A stretch of DNA of 64,000 nucleotides from an uncultured Verrucomicrobiae bacterium (lineage in GTDB: Bacteria; Verrucomicrobiota; Verrucomicrobiia; Limisphaerales; UBA11358): NCBI GenBank assembly GCA_963769285.1, contig CAVYLE010000007.1, positions 526,709-590,708 on the forward strand, read 5' to 3'. This document shows positions 1 to 8,827 of this stretch, in pieces (positions within the stretch are counted from its first letter, which is position 1; every line of letters starts with the position of its first letter). The notes beneath the pieces were generated by a model. That model made no database searches. It had not been told where the DNA came from and saw nothing but the letters and a program-made list of their open reading frames with translations. A program made the position numbers and the translations under genes.

Positions 1-335
1 GGACAGGCAAAGAGCTTGTCCTGCGGCGACGATGCGCCTTGGAGCCCGACATAATTCTTTACGAGGCTCTTGTAAACAATTTGGGAGGAATTGGTCTTAA
101 ATCCATCGGCACCCGTGTTCGGCACGGACGGCAAGGCGTCGTGGTTATCCCCGGCATACATTTGGACAGCGAGATTGATCTGTTTCAGATTGTTCAAACA
201 CATCGTTCGCTGGGCTCGCGCCTTCGCACTGGACAGAACCGGCAGCAACAGCGCGGCGAGAATGGCGATGATGGCAATAACCACCAACAACTCAATCAAA
301 GTAAATCCGCCGTCTTTATGGTGGTTTCGTTTCAC
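1..335 (-). CDS. Prepilin-type N-terminal cleavage/methylation domain protein (DUF1559-like pseudopilin); 3' end lies outside the window
   Basis: Not in the ORF track: it has a GTG start at 335 and runs off the window edge. The reverse translation reads [53 protein letters not shown]..., which is the classic [10 protein letters not shown] type IV pilin-like leader. Confidence 0.75.
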   Translation of the reverse strand, partial: MKRNHHKDGGFTLIELLVVIAIIAILAALLLPVLSSAKARAQRTMCLNNLKQINLAVQMYAGDNHDALPSVPNTGADGFKTNSSQIVYKSLVKNYVGLQGASSPQDKLFAC

Positions 336-844
336 AGTAGTTCAGACAGTTCATGGTGCCACGCCTCACGCCGGCTCTTGAACTGAACCCGCCTCTCGGC
401 GACTTGTCCAGGCGACTAGCCGCGCCAAAGCGGAGCGACGGCGGGAGCCCGCAACGCGGGACGAAGACGGAAGCGTAAAGAAGACGGACCAATTTTGAGG
501 ACGAGCAACCCGCTTCAATATCGGTTTGTGCCAATACTCAGGGATCTGTTTCGTTCAAAATGCGCGAATACTACAAAACTAGGAACCGACCCGTTCACGC
601 GACCCGTTCACGGGCACAACGACTCTCGAATGGCGCGAAGCGTCCTGGAGTGCGCCAGCCCTCTGGCGCTTTTCCTCCGTGAGACGTCGCACGATGTTCA
701 ACACGTCAAGTGTCCAGCCGCGTTGGGTGACGGAAATGTCCTTCAACGGTTTGACGCGACGGACTGCGCGCGGACTTCGGCTGCCGGGGCAAGTTGGCCT
801 TGACATAACAGGCCAGACGGCAAAGCATCACTCCGCATTTCCCC

Positions 845-1375
845 ATGAAAACATGCCCTTACTGCGGGAAGGAATATCCGGACAACGCCGTTGTTTGCGC
901 CATTGACCAGACTCCACTCATCCCAGCCCGTTCCCCATTGCCAAATAAGACGCAGGATGAGGAACATCTTCGGTTGCTTTCGATGTTTCACTATGTGGTT
1001 GGCGGGTTTGCCTGCTTGTTTGCCCTCTTCCCCATCATCCACCTGATTTTGGGGCTGGCCATGATCTTTGCCTCGGACAAGTTCGCCGGCAAGGGAGACC
1101 CGCCGCCGGCATTTATCGGCTGGTTTTTTGTGATTTTCGCGGCCATGTTTATCATCCTCGGCCTGATTTTCGCGACGTTTGTCCTGACGACCGGACGTTT
1201 CCTGGCGCGGCGCAAGCATTACATGTTCTGCCTCGTGATGGGGGGCGTGGAATGCTTGTTCATGCCATTCGGTACCGTGCTCGGTGTGTTCACCATCATT
1301 GTGTTGATACGAGAACCAATGAAGCAGCTATTTGGAGTTAATCCGCCAGCAGTTCCGTACAATGTGCAACAGTAG
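845..1375 (+). CDS. Membrane protein with N-terminal zinc-ribbon-like motif (family not recognised)
   Basis: 176-aa ORF. It has CPYCGKEYPDNAVVC at the N-terminus followed by about four hydrophobic helices. Confidence 0.55.
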   Translation: MKTCPYCGKEYPDNAVVCAIDQTPLIPARSPLPNKTQDEEHLRLLSMFHYVVGGFACLFALFPIIHLILGLAMIFASDKFAGKGDPPPAFIGWFFVIFAAMFIILGLIFATFVLTTGRFLARRKHYMFCLVMGGVECLFMPFGTVLGVFTIIVLIREPMKQLFGVNPPAVPYNVQQ

Positions 1376-1915
1376 ATTCCGGTCGCGACGTTCCTGAAAT
1401 GGGGTGCACGCGCGGCGCGTGCGCTCCCCTTTGAAGTTGAATCCGAAAACATGAACGACGGAATCAGGAGCCGGTCGCGAACCTCCCACGTCGCCAGGGC
1501 GTAGCGCATTAGGAGCAGATTCGGTGTCCGGTCTTCGCGGATGGCGTTCAAGCACCCGCTTCGGGGCCGGTTTGTGTCAATACTAAGGACTGACCCGAAT
1601 GGCCCTTAGTTAAGGCCCAGCAAAAACGCATATGTTTTTAAAGGGTTTCGAGGACTGTGTTCCGCTCCTCCATGAAGGAGCAGCAAATGCCTGAAAAATC
1701 GGGTATTTCCCAAACTCAAAGCGAAACATGGTCAAAAAGTGGCCGAAGCCGATAGGTACTTGACTGTTTTGTAAGTTGTTTTGGTTCAATGATATATTCC
1801 TTATCTAAGGGCCATTCAGGACTGACCCGTTTTCGGAGTATTTATTCGTCCATTGCTGGAACAATTTTCCACGAAATTCATTGCGGAACGTTTGGCGTCG
1901 GCTTCAAATGGTTGC

Positions 1916-3172
1916 ATGAAAAAGTTTGCCGCCATCGCTTTGGCCATTGCCGGGCTCGCCGGTTTCCAGATAAACGCTATCGCTTGGGGCAGCAGCGGGC
2001 ATTTCCTCATCGCGGCGGAAGCGTATCGCCAGCTTTCACCTGAGTTGAAGGCGCAGGTGTATGAGGTTTTGAAGGCGCATCCGGATTACGCCAGATGGAC
2101 AAATGCGTATCATCCGAATCCGGTCATTGATGTTGCCGCATACGTCTTTATGCGCAGCAGCACATGGCCGGACGAAATCCGGCGCAGCGAAAGCCTATAT
2201 GACCACCCAAGCTGGCATTTCATTGATTATCCGCTAAGGCCGCCGTCATTTCCGATGGAACCCAGCCCGGAGCCAACGAATGACATTTTATTTGGCATCC
2301 AACAATTTGAAACAACCTTGAACGACACCAACGCCAATCCCGAATTGCGAGCGGCAAGTTTGTCCTGGCTTATTCATCTGGTCGGCGATGTCCACCAACC
2401 GCTCCATTGCGCTTCACTTTTTTCGGACGCCTATCCGACGGGCGACCGGGGCGGGAATGAATTTTACGTCAAGCCGGCGGACCAAGCGGTCCGGTTGCAC
2501 GGGATTTGGGACGGTTTGTTGGGGGCTTCGCCCAACACGCAAATGCAATGGAGATATGCCATCAAGCTCGGCGCTGAATTTCCGAAAGCATCGCTGGCGG
2601 AATTGGCGACGCACCCAACGCCGAAAGGCTGGAGCCTGGAAAGCCGCGAGCTGGCAATTGACAAAGGATATTTGCGCGGCGAATTAAAAGGCGGCACCAA
2701 TGCGGACACCGCCGTGGCTCTGCCCGCTGATTACACCAAGACGGCAAAAGCGGTCGCGGAGCGGCAATGCGCGCTGGCGGGATATCGTCTGGCGGATGAA
2801 ATTCAGAAATATTTGAATCTGGGAAGAATGGTTCCCTTGCTGCCGGAAAATACCAACGTCGTCGCGCAAGTCGCCACCAACAAAATCGGGACGGCGGATG
2901 CCGGTAAATATTACGACCAGACGATGATTGTCACGGGGCGGGTGGTTCAAGTTTCTGTCCGGCCAAACATCACCATCCTAAGCCTCGACAAATCTTCCTT
3001 GGACGCGCCATTAACCGCCGTTGTCTTTGCGGAAAACGCGGGCGCGTTCAAAGATTTGGAAAGCCTCACGAATCAGGATGTGGAGATCACCGGCAGTATC
3101 ACGGAATATCGCAACCGGCCGGAAATCATCTTGGAATCGCCTGACCAGATTAAAGTCGTTGGCGGGAAATAA
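1916..3172 (+). CDS. S1/P1-family nuclease with C-terminal OB-fold-like module
   Basis: AWGSSGH lies at the predicted mature N-terminus and WLIHLVGDVHQPLHC is typical of S1/P1 nucleases. Start moved to M22 (MKKFAAIALAIAGLAG, a signal peptide). The tail TGRVVQVSV...EITGSITEYRNRPEIIL looks OB-fold-like. Confidence 0.8.
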   Translation: MKKFAAIALAIAGLAGFQINAIAWGSSGHFLIAAEAYRQLSPELKAQVYEVLKAHPDYARWTNAYHPNPVIDVAAYVFMRSSTWPDEIRRSESLYDHPSWHFIDYPLRPPSFPMEPSPEPTNDILFGIQQFETTLNDTNANPELRAASLSWLIHLVGDVHQPLHCASLFSDAYPTGDRGGNEFYVKPADQAVRLHGIWDGLLGASPNTQMQWRYAIKLGAEFPKASLAELATHPTPKGWSLESRELAIDKGYLRGELKGGTNADTAVALPADYTKTAKAVAERQCALAGYRLADEIQKYLNLGRMVPLLPENTNVVAQVATNKIGTADAGKYYDQTMIVTGRVVQVSVRPNITILSLDKSSLDAPLTAVVFAENAGAFKDLESLTNQDVEITGSITEYRNRPEIILESPDQIKVVGGK

Positions 3173-3179
3173 AGGCGGA

Positions 3180-4105
3180 CGTCGCGGCTTGCCGCGCCAA
3201 AGCGGACGCGACGGCGGGACTGCCAGACGCCGGGGCCGGTCTTTAACCACGGATGAACACCGATGGACACGGATTGGGAAAGCGCCGTCAGGCGCGGCAT
3301 ATTTGTAGAAAACCGTCCGCCAAATAATTCAAGCTCCGTCAGGAGCGGCATATTCCGTCCCGACGGGGCTGGGAATTCATTTGGATTCGGGAACTACAAA
3401 GATTCCGCTCCTGACGGAGCTATCTCAGCGCGACTTGTCCCGCCGTAATCGGATGAAGGCGGATGATCCAGATGGGAACGGTGATGGTGCCGCCTGCGCA
3501 GCCATCACGGCAGCCGCCAGAGGCCGGGGCCGGTTTTCAACCACGGATGAGCACCGATGGACCCAACACGGCTGGCGCCGCAACCACGGATTTTGGACTG
3601 CGGCGGGAAGCGAAGCGCCACGCCGCTTTTGAACGCAACCAGCCGTACGGAAAGCGGTGTCGCCGCTGCGCTCTGCCACCGCAGTCCAAATCTTTGTCGT
3701 CCGTGCGCGAACCTGTGCCATTGTATTACGGATTGGGAAAGCGCCATCGGCACGGCATATTTGTAGCATCACCCGCCAGCAAATGATTCAAGCTCCGTCC
3801 CACCTTCATTTCATTTCGGCGCGGTCGCGTCGTAGCGAAGCGGAGACGGACAGGAGCGGCATATTCCCGACAATGGCCCAGCCTTTCAAGGCTGGGAACC
3901 TGTCCGCAAATAAAACGAGTCCCGCAAGGGACGGCAGAAAATGGTGGCCGTGCGCAAGGGGTGGCCGTGCGCAAGCACCTTTCGTCCCTGACGGGACTTT
4001 GGTCCAAACCCGACGCCAAACCCAGCCATAAATGGCTGGGCTATTTTCAAATTCATTCCAGCGCGATGACCCAAATGGGAACGGTGATTCACGGCAATTG
4101 CCAAA
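3180..4105. repeat. About 0.9 kb non-coding cluster of several REP-like palindromic repeat families
   Basis: Contains aaccacggatgaacaccgatggacacggat-type units at 3246 and 3539, and gattgggaaagcgcc..ggcatatttgtag at 3273 and 3730. It also has short hairpins (ccagcctttcaaggctgg, ccagccataaatggctgg) and the tandem gtggccgtgcgcaagg x2 at about 3943-3975. ORFs called here are repeat read-through. Confidence 0.75.
3582..3708 (+). repeat. About 125-nt imperfect-palindrome element, copy 1 (second copy at 46298-46423)
   Basis: Nearly identical to 46298-46423 by eye alignment. The internal arms ggactgcggcgggaagcgaagcgccacgccgcttt and aaagcggtgtcgccgctgcgctctgccaccgcagtcc are imperfect reverse complements. 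Confidence 0.85.
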
Positions 4106-4111
4106 GGCGGA

Positions 4112-4810
4112 CTATCCTGCGCGATGCGAGCGGGCGGCGGCGATTAGCTGGCGCAATTCCTCGATGGACAAGACGACGCCGGGGCGGCGATGCACCATGC
4201 TGTGGCAGTTGGCGCAGAGCGGGCGCAGGTCGGCCACGGGGTCAACCACGTGCGCGCCGCCGCCGGCCAGCGGGTTCAGGTGGTGAACCTCGATGTAGGA
4301 ACGGGCATAGGTTGCACCGTAAAACGCGTCGAAGTTGAAGCCGCACGCCACGCACGTCACGCCGTGCGTCCGTATCGCGGCGGCGCGGTTGCGTGGATTG
4401 CGTTCGTAGGTTCGGCTTTGCCGGATAATTTCCCGCCCTTCAGCGTGACCGCCAGTGTTTTCAACGCCATGAGTTGCGTCTTCGGTTTCAACGTCTGCCC
4501 GCGTTCGGACTTCGATGTCTGCTGTCAGACTTTGAAAACCAAACTGAAAAGCGCAGGTGCAACATTTGTGGCGTCCACCTCCAGCTTGCGACTCGCGCAA
4601 AGCGCGAAGAATTTCTGAAGGCGCTTCGCTGCCGTGATTGCAGGTTTCAGTTGCACCGAGCGCATGGATTGTTGTTGCGCGACGCGCAGCGGCAACTCCT
4701 TGAGCGTATGCACATATGACACAACGATGACGACCAGAGCCAGCTTGCGAACCGGGAATACGCGCCAGCACTTCGTCTGGTATCGTATTGTTGTGGTCGC
4801 AAGTTGCCAT
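4112..4810 (-). CDS. HNH (His-Me finger) endonuclease with unrecognised duplicated Cys-containing N-terminal module
   Basis: The C-terminus carries CVACGFNF...IEVHHLNPLA...DLRPLCANCHSMVH. Start moved to M20 (ATG at 4810), which removes the overlap with the upstream gene. The N-terminal half has two copies of SQAGxGRH[RK]CxxCA. Confidence 0.8.
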   Translation of the reverse strand: MATCDHNNTIPDEVLARIPGSQAGSGRHRCVICAYAQGVAAARRATTIHALGATETCNHGSEAPSEILRALRESQAGGGRHKCCTCAFQFGFQSLTADIEVRTRADVETEDATHGVENTGGHAEGREIIRQSRTYERNPRNRAAAIRTHGVTCVACGFNFDAFYGATYARSYIEVHHLNPLAGGGAHVVDPVADLRPLCANCHSMVHRRPGVVLSIEELRQLIAAARSHRAG

Positions 4811-4814
4811 CTTG

Positions 4815-5216
4815 TTATTCCGAAAGCGGCAAGCCGAAAAACAATCGCAACCACGGTTCGAGTTCATCCAACTCGACAGCCTTGCCAGTCGAAATCAAAA
4901 ACGACTTCATGTTTGCGGTGAAACCTTCGCCGGCAAAAACGACGAGGCCGGGAATAGGCCAAGCTTCGATATCCTGAATGGTTGCTGGAATCTTTTCTTC
5001 CGCCGAGCCGCCGCCGCCTTGAAATTTACATTCGATGCCCAGCGTCTTACGCGACTTGGGATCAATCAGGATGACATCAATGTTTCGATTCGCGCCCCAA
5101 ATTCTTCGGGCGACGTGAAATTGTTCTTTTGTTTCGAGTCCGAGTTTGGTGGCAATCTTGATTACCTCCTTGACCAAATCGTCTCCTGCTTTAACTGCGT
5201 TTGCTTTCCCAGGCAT
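4815..5216 (-). CDS. Small PD-(D/E)XK-type nuclease, putative restriction endonuclease of the R-M operon
   Basis: 133 aa. NIDVILID...LGIECKFQ fits a D-x13-E-x-K catalytic motif. It lies 4 nt downstream of the methyltransferase gene on the same strand. Confidence 0.5.
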   Translation of the reverse strand: MPGKANAVKAGDDLVKEVIKIATKLGLETKEQFHVARRIWGANRNIDVILIDPKSRKTLGIECKFQGGGGSAEEKIPATIQDIEAWPIPGLVVFAGEGFTANMKSFLISTGKAVELDELEPWLRLFFGLPLSE

Positions 5217-5220
5217 AATT

Positions 5221-6291
5221 TTATTCGTTGGTTAAATTCGTCACGACGACCTCGCTGACGTGGCCGCGTTTCGAGCCGTCGCAGTTGATGGCGCGGCGGG
5301 CCTGTACGGTGTGGATTTGAAAATCGCGGTAGAGTTTGCGGATGAACGGCGTGTCGGAGTTGGAAAGCATCAGGCGCGCGCCGCGTCGGGCGGCCTCGGC
5401 AAACACGGCGTGTAGTTCGTGCTGTTCGCCCTCGCCAAAATCTTCCTTGGCGTAGGAGGTAAAACTGGCGGTGGCGGAGACGGGATAATACGGCGGGTCA
5501 ACGTAGGCAAAGTCGCCGGGCCGGGTCTGGTTGAGGGTTTCGCGGAAATCCTGCATGGCCAGATGCACGCCCTCCAGCGCGCGACTGGCGGAGTGAATGT
5601 TTTCCTCGTTGTAAAGGCCGGGATTTTTGTTGGAGCCGACGGGGACATTGAATTCATCGCGGGCGTTGACGCGCCAGAGGCCGTTGAAGCAGGTTTTGTT
5701 GAGAAAAATCATGCGGGCGGCGCGTTCCACGATTTTCTTATCGTCGCCCGTCAAGTAGTGCTGGCCGCGGACGAAGTAAAAGTAGTCGTCACCTTTGGCC
5801 TTGAATTCGGAGGCGTGTTCGTCCAGCCGGCGCATGAGTTCGCGGGGGAAATCGCGAACGGCGAGGTAGGTGTTGATGAGTTCGGGGTTGAGGTCGCGCA
5901 GGAACGCCTTCATCTTCGGAAAGCGGTGCTTGAGGTGGAAGAACACCGCACCGCCGCCCACGAACGGCTCGAAGTATCGGGTAATTTCGGCGGGGAAAAA
6001 TTCGTCGAACTGCGCAAGGAGCTGCGCCTTGCCGCCGACCCATTTCAGAAACGGCTGCGCTTCTTCAGGGGCAACAGCTTCAACAGCAGCGATAGGGAAC
6101 TGTTCACGGGCGTGCGGATGGCGTGGGGATTTTGGGACAAGCGGGCGAATGATTTCCGAAAGTGACCAAGTTGGGTCAGGAATATTTCGGCGAATTCTGT
6201 ATCGGGTTGGTTTTGGATCAGATCTCTGATCTGAGCGCGCTGTGTTGGCGGCGCTTTTTGCTGAACGTCTCCGCCGCGATTTGTCAGACAT
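5221..6291 (-). CDS. Dam-family (D12 class) N6-adenine DNA methyltransferase
   Basis: FLKWVGGKAQLL, FEPFVGGGAVFFHL (SAM-binding motif) and YVDPPY (catalytic motif IV). A basic N-terminal extension of about 80 aa is of uncertain reality, and no internal ATG is available. Confidence 0.9.
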   Translation of the reverse strand: MSDKSRRRRSAKSAANTARSDQRSDPKPTRYRIRRNIPDPTWSLSEIIRPLVPKSPRHPHAREQFPIAAVEAVAPEEAQPFLKWVGGKAQLLAQFDEFFPAEITRYFEPFVGGGAVFFHLKHRFPKMKAFLRDLNPELINTYLAVRDFPRELMRRLDEHASEFKAKGDDYFYFVRGQHYLTGDDKKIVERAARMIFLNKTCFNGLWRVNARDEFNVPVGSNKNPGLYNEENIHSASRALEGVHLAMQDFRETLNQTRPGDFAYVDPPYYPVSATASFTSYAKEDFGEGEQHELHAVFAEAARRGARLMLSNSDTPFIRKLYRDFQIHTVQARRAINCDGSKRGHVSEVVVTNLTNE

Positions 6292-6333
6292 CCACGCGGA
6301 TCGATCCCGATCTCCGGCAAAGGATCAAGCCTA

Positions 6334-6355
6334 AACATTCGATATGTCGAATGTT
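6334..6355. promoter_or_regulatory. Candidate operator (C-box-like palindrome) in the divergent methyltransferase/controller promoter region
   Basis: aacattcga-tatg-tcgaatgtt has perfect 9-bp inverted arms. It lies about 30 nt upstream of the XRE gene start (6387) and about 45 nt upstream of the methyltransferase start (6291). Confidence 0.35.
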
Positions 6356-6386
6356 CGTCGCGCCCAATTTCGGCTTTGCTGATTAA

Positions 6387-6608
6387 ATGGGTCAATCTGA
6401 CAAACATCGGGTGATCGTGGGGAAAAACATTCGCGCCTGCCGAACCGGCGCGGGGTTGACCTTGGAGCAATTGGCGGAAAAGGCAGACATGAGTTGGCCC
6501 TACCTTTCTGAAATTGAGCGAGGTCGTGAGAACATTTCGCTCGATAAGCTCGCCCGATTAGCCCAAGCACTAAATGTCAAGCTGTCAAGTCTAGTTGAGG
6601 GCGTCTGA
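6387..6608 (+). CDS. XRE-family helix-turn-helix protein, probable R-M controller (C) protein
   Basis: 73 aa. GLTLEQLAEKADMSWPYLSEIERGRENISLDKLARLAQAL is a canonical Cro/C1-type HTH. The gene is divergent from the methyltransferase. Confidence 0.8.
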   Translation: MGQSDKHRVIVGKNIRACRTGAGLTLEQLAEKADMSWPYLSEIERGRENISLDKLARLAQALNVKLSSLVEGV

Positions 6609-6720
6609 AAGATTTCCGTCTCGCAGCGGACGATGTGCGTGGTTTAAGCAAAGGCTCCGGTCGTCGCTCGGAAGCTATGGCCCGGCGGGGAAAGCTGAAG
6701 GCCGCGGAAAAGGCGGCGCC

Positions 6721-7180
6721 TCACGGCTGGAAGTATTCCTGGTATTTTGAGGGCTGGCCGGTTTCCCAAGGGCGATATTGATTGAAGAATTCAATCCGTT
6801 CCGCCGGTGTCGGATGTGAGCCATACCAGAATTGGATAATGGGCGCCGGCCGGTAAACATAGACGCTGTTTTGCACCAGTTTTACAAAGGCCGTGCCCTC
6901 GTCGCTCCGCCCAGGAGCGAATCCGGGCGGACCAGCCGGTAAATAAAAAAAGGGCGGGCGACAAAAAACTCCAGATGATGGCCGTGGCGCCCACCGCGAT
7001 GGTGGCATGGTAACGGCGGACGGCTTTTTCGCCCGGCACCGGCACCGCAACGGTGGAGGTGTTGGTGCTGCTGATCTGGGAATTGGTTTGCGCGGCCATG
7101 ACCGGTTCGCCGGCCCGCGCCAGGCAAAGTGTGAACCAGATGCCGGCGCCGAACACGATCCAGAACAGGACGGTCTTCAT
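6721..7180 (-). pseudogene. Internally deleted, frameshifted relic of an M48-family (Ste24/HtpX-like) metallopeptidase
   Basis: An N-terminal piece (MKTVLFWIVF...VPVPGEKAVRRYH...LFLFTGWSARIRSWAERRG) sits in one frame. A C-terminal piece (FWYGSHPTPAERIEFFNQYRPW) sits in another. No HEXXH region lies between them. Confidence 0.5.
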
Positions 7181-8083
7181 GGATGCGCTTTTGATAGGCG
7201 CGAGCCGCAAGCGAGTCAATCCATTTGGGCGCAGGCTGTTTGCGGCTGAGACAGACGGCATCAATGATTATTTCACCCGACGTTGAATTCGTGGTTCAGT
7301 TCCGGTCCGCGCGAGACGTCCCAATCCACGTTGACTCGCTCGCGCCCGCTCGCTCGGCCCTCGCGGGCCTTCACCTTCGGTCGAATTCCTTTCGCCGGTG
7401 GGCTTCCTCGCGCCCGCTCAGTCGGCCTCACGGCCTTTGCCGCTGGCAAATCCTTTTCGCCATTTCCCGAATGGCTCAAATCCCAAGCGGCTCAAGTGTC
7501 CACACAGATTATTTTGTCCCGCTCTGCGGGATGATGCCGCCGTTGGACCGGCCTTCGCTTCCATCCTTCGCCTGGCTTCGGAGGACAGGCAGAAGCTACG
7601 GCCCGGCAGGCAGGAAATAAGGCGGGCCTTCGCCGCGACGAAGTGGCTACGGCCACGCAGGCGGGTCGGCAAAGATGGCGTCCAATAATTCCAAACTGTT
7701 CCCATGGTATAAACGGAGGAATGGAGTGTCGGATTGATAAATCAATTTAGGTAGGGCGGGCACTCCGTTGCCCGCCGCAGATTTGTTTTCTGGAGACGGC
7801 GCGCAAGGGACTGCGCGCCCTACCTGAATTTGGCCATCTTCGCGCAGCGCAAAATGCGACGGGGCAAGCAAGTGCGGATGGGCCAAGACAACGGTTGATG
7901 GTTGAGCGTTGAGGGTACAGCCATTTCGGCTCGCGAGTACGCTCGCCCCACCGCTTTTGTTTTTCGTGTCACCTGCCACTTGCCACTTGTCATGTGTCAC
8001 ATCTTCCGGTTTTCGTGTCACCTGAAGGCTTGATACGGCAGCGGCTTTGGCCCAGCCTCGGCCCGTTAGCATCCCGAATCGCC

Positions 8084-8419
8084 ATGAGGATAATACTTAC
8101 ATTGATTGCGTTGAGTTTTTTGGTGACGGCCTGCGACCGCCACGGTGCCGACCTTGGGCAACAGGTCGCCGGGACCTGGTCGCAGGAGGCGCACATCCTC
8201 ACCCTGGCTCCCGATGGCACTTACACCTCCATTTTCCCGGGCAATCCTCCAACCACCTACAAGGCCAAATGGCACATCGAGCACGAATTCCTGCTGGTGA
8301 CGGACGTGAGCAGCAATTCAGTGCCCATGGCCGGCAATACCACCGTGAAGATTCTGCTGGTCGATAAACACCATCTGGAACTGGCTTTAGGCACCAATAG
8401 AATTTCGATGATGCGATAA
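8084..8419 (+). CDS. Small lipoprotein (function unknown)
   Basis: Start moved to MRIILTLIALSFLVTAC, which has a lipobox-like LVTAC. The upstream part of the ORF overlaps repeat sequence. Confidence 0.55.
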   Translation: MRIILTLIALSFLVTACDRHGADLGQQVAGTWSQEAHILTLAPDGTYTSIFPGNPPTTYKAKWHIEHEFLLVTDVSSNSVPMAGNTTVKILLVDKHHLELALGTNRISMMR

Positions 8420-8827
8420 TCGCGAGTGAACTCCGATGAATCGCGAGCGGGTTGGCAGATCGGCGATCCAGATCAAGGGGTTTTAACCGCGGGTAAACCG
8501 CTAATTCGCGCTCATCAGCGCTAATAAGTGAAGATAATCGGTTCACTTCCTTTGTGCTCTTTGTGCTCTTTGTGGTTCAAATGTTTTTGCGCGTTTCGTG
8601 GTTTGCAAAAGCGGTGTCATGGCCACCGCACTCAATGACGCTTCGCGCACTTCGTTCCACCTGCCAGGCCGTAGCTTCCAAGCGAAGGCTGGTCCTCCAT
8701 CTTCAATCCTACATCCTCGCTGCCCAAGGCGTCCTCGCCACCCCTCAACCGGTGCAGTTCACCCCTCAATTCCAGCAATGTGTCCCGAAACCGTTTTGTT
8801 TCAGGGGGGTTATGTTAAAACCACGGT

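Noticed and set aside
509-1594. About 40-nt direct repeats (509-548 and 1555-1594) flanking the 845-1375 gene, as boundaries of a mobile cassette.
   Set aside because: The repeats belong to a REP family with further partial or inverted copies (for example near 1808-1835). There is no recombinase or target duplication, so the flanking arrangement is probably coincidental.
3021-4031. ORFs such as ...TTDEHRWTRIGKAPSGAAYL, AAGSEAPRRF and SATAVQIF across 3000-4100, with similar ones at 46133-46518.
   Set aside because: They are translations of REP units that recur in several places and orientations. They show no start context and no protein-like composition.
7647-8072. ORF 7647-8072 as a real 141-aa gene.
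   Set aside because: Most of it translates REP units (gggcgggcactccgttgcccgcc and ggcgcgcagtcccttgcgcgcc hairpins). Only the last 25 codons or so resemble anything (see the methyltransferase relic finding).
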